Shown here: positions 63,755-64,000 of the stretch, piece after piece | Numbering within the stretch: position 1 is the first letter of the stretch | Layout: the number at the start of each line of letters is the position of its first letter | Assembly (NCBI GenBank): GCA_965644295.1 | Contig: CBFFRP010000016.1 | Span: forward strand, 89,900-153,899 | Reading direction: 5' to 3' | Length of the DNA stretch: 64,000 bases | Source of the DNA: Paraphysomonas bandaiensis | Lineage: Eukaryota; Protista; Chrysophyceae | Notes under the pieces: generated by a model | Seen by the model: only the letters and a program-made list of their open reading frames with translations | Databases searched by the model: none | What the model was told of the DNA's origin: nothing | Translations under genes and position numbers: made by a program

Positions 63755-63913
63755 GGCGTCCTGTTTAGAGTCGCACCTATAGCGAATCAATGCTATTAGC
63801 GTGTGCTGAAGGGCGCCAATATACCTGCACAGGATGAACCCCTGCGGTGTGGCTGATGTTATTGCACTTTAGATAGCCGCAGCCATGCCATATGAAGTCG
63901 CAGTGGAACATAT
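63755..63913 (+). ncRNA. SNORA3: Box H/ACA snoRNA, SNORA3/snR11-like, copy 2
   Basis: Identical to copy 1 and located inside the complete intron 63702-63995. Confidence 0.72.
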
Positions 63914-64000
63914 TTATTACCTCACACCATACAACAACACATCCTACACAATTTCATTACATGGATGACAACTATTCTTACTATTGTGTTGGTAGATATG

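Larger units (their letters stand above)
63366..64000 (+). repeat. Second tandem array, 350-bp unit (about 1.8 units visible, cut by the window edge): exon 63646-63701 plus intron 63702-63995 hosting an H/ACA snoRNA
   Basis: 63371 onward repeats at 63721 onward; GGTAG| acceptor and AAG|GTAAGC donor. Confidence 0.85.

Noticed and set aside
63210-63799. ORFs 63210-63449 and 63542-63799
   Set aside because: Incidental frames across repeat units and snoRNA sequence; the same frame is closed in the internal units of the first array.

Overview
Eukaryotic nuclear DNA with compact genes and short GT-AG introns, most likely a stramenopile/ochrophyte (inference from gene style and from a snoRNA guide that fits the stramenopile-type 18S sequence CGUAAAUUACCCA). 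About 18 protein-coding genes lie between 1 and 57 kb: a spliced NAD(P)HX-epimerase-WW-CutA fusion, a REJ/EGF membrane protein, a cytochrome P450, an AP2-like putative regulator, dynein light chain, DNA ligase I, an MSS51-like protein, a ULP/C48 protease, a TSET TTRAY/TWD40-like protein with LamG-like and clathrin-propeller-like C-terminal modules, PRORP, adenylate kinase, a sulfotransferase, a PX-like/NPPF methyltransferase and several hypotheticals. Non-autonomous hAT elements, a structured dispersed repeat and (CATA)n microsatellites lie between genes. The main finding is at 57.4-64 kb. The apparent 262-bp satellite is 23 near-identical tandem copies of a unit made of a 55-nt non-coding exon and a 207-nt intron carrying a box C/D snoRNA (SNORD16/snR87-like, antisense to 18S rRNA). 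It is joined directly to a second, 350-bp tandem unit made of a 56-nt exon and a 294-nt intron carrying an H/ACA snoRNA (SNORA3/snR11-like, antisense to LSU rRNA), which runs off the window edge. All family assignments are from motif recognition by eye, and rRNA target sequences are recalled from conserved eukaryotic rRNA; no searches were run.
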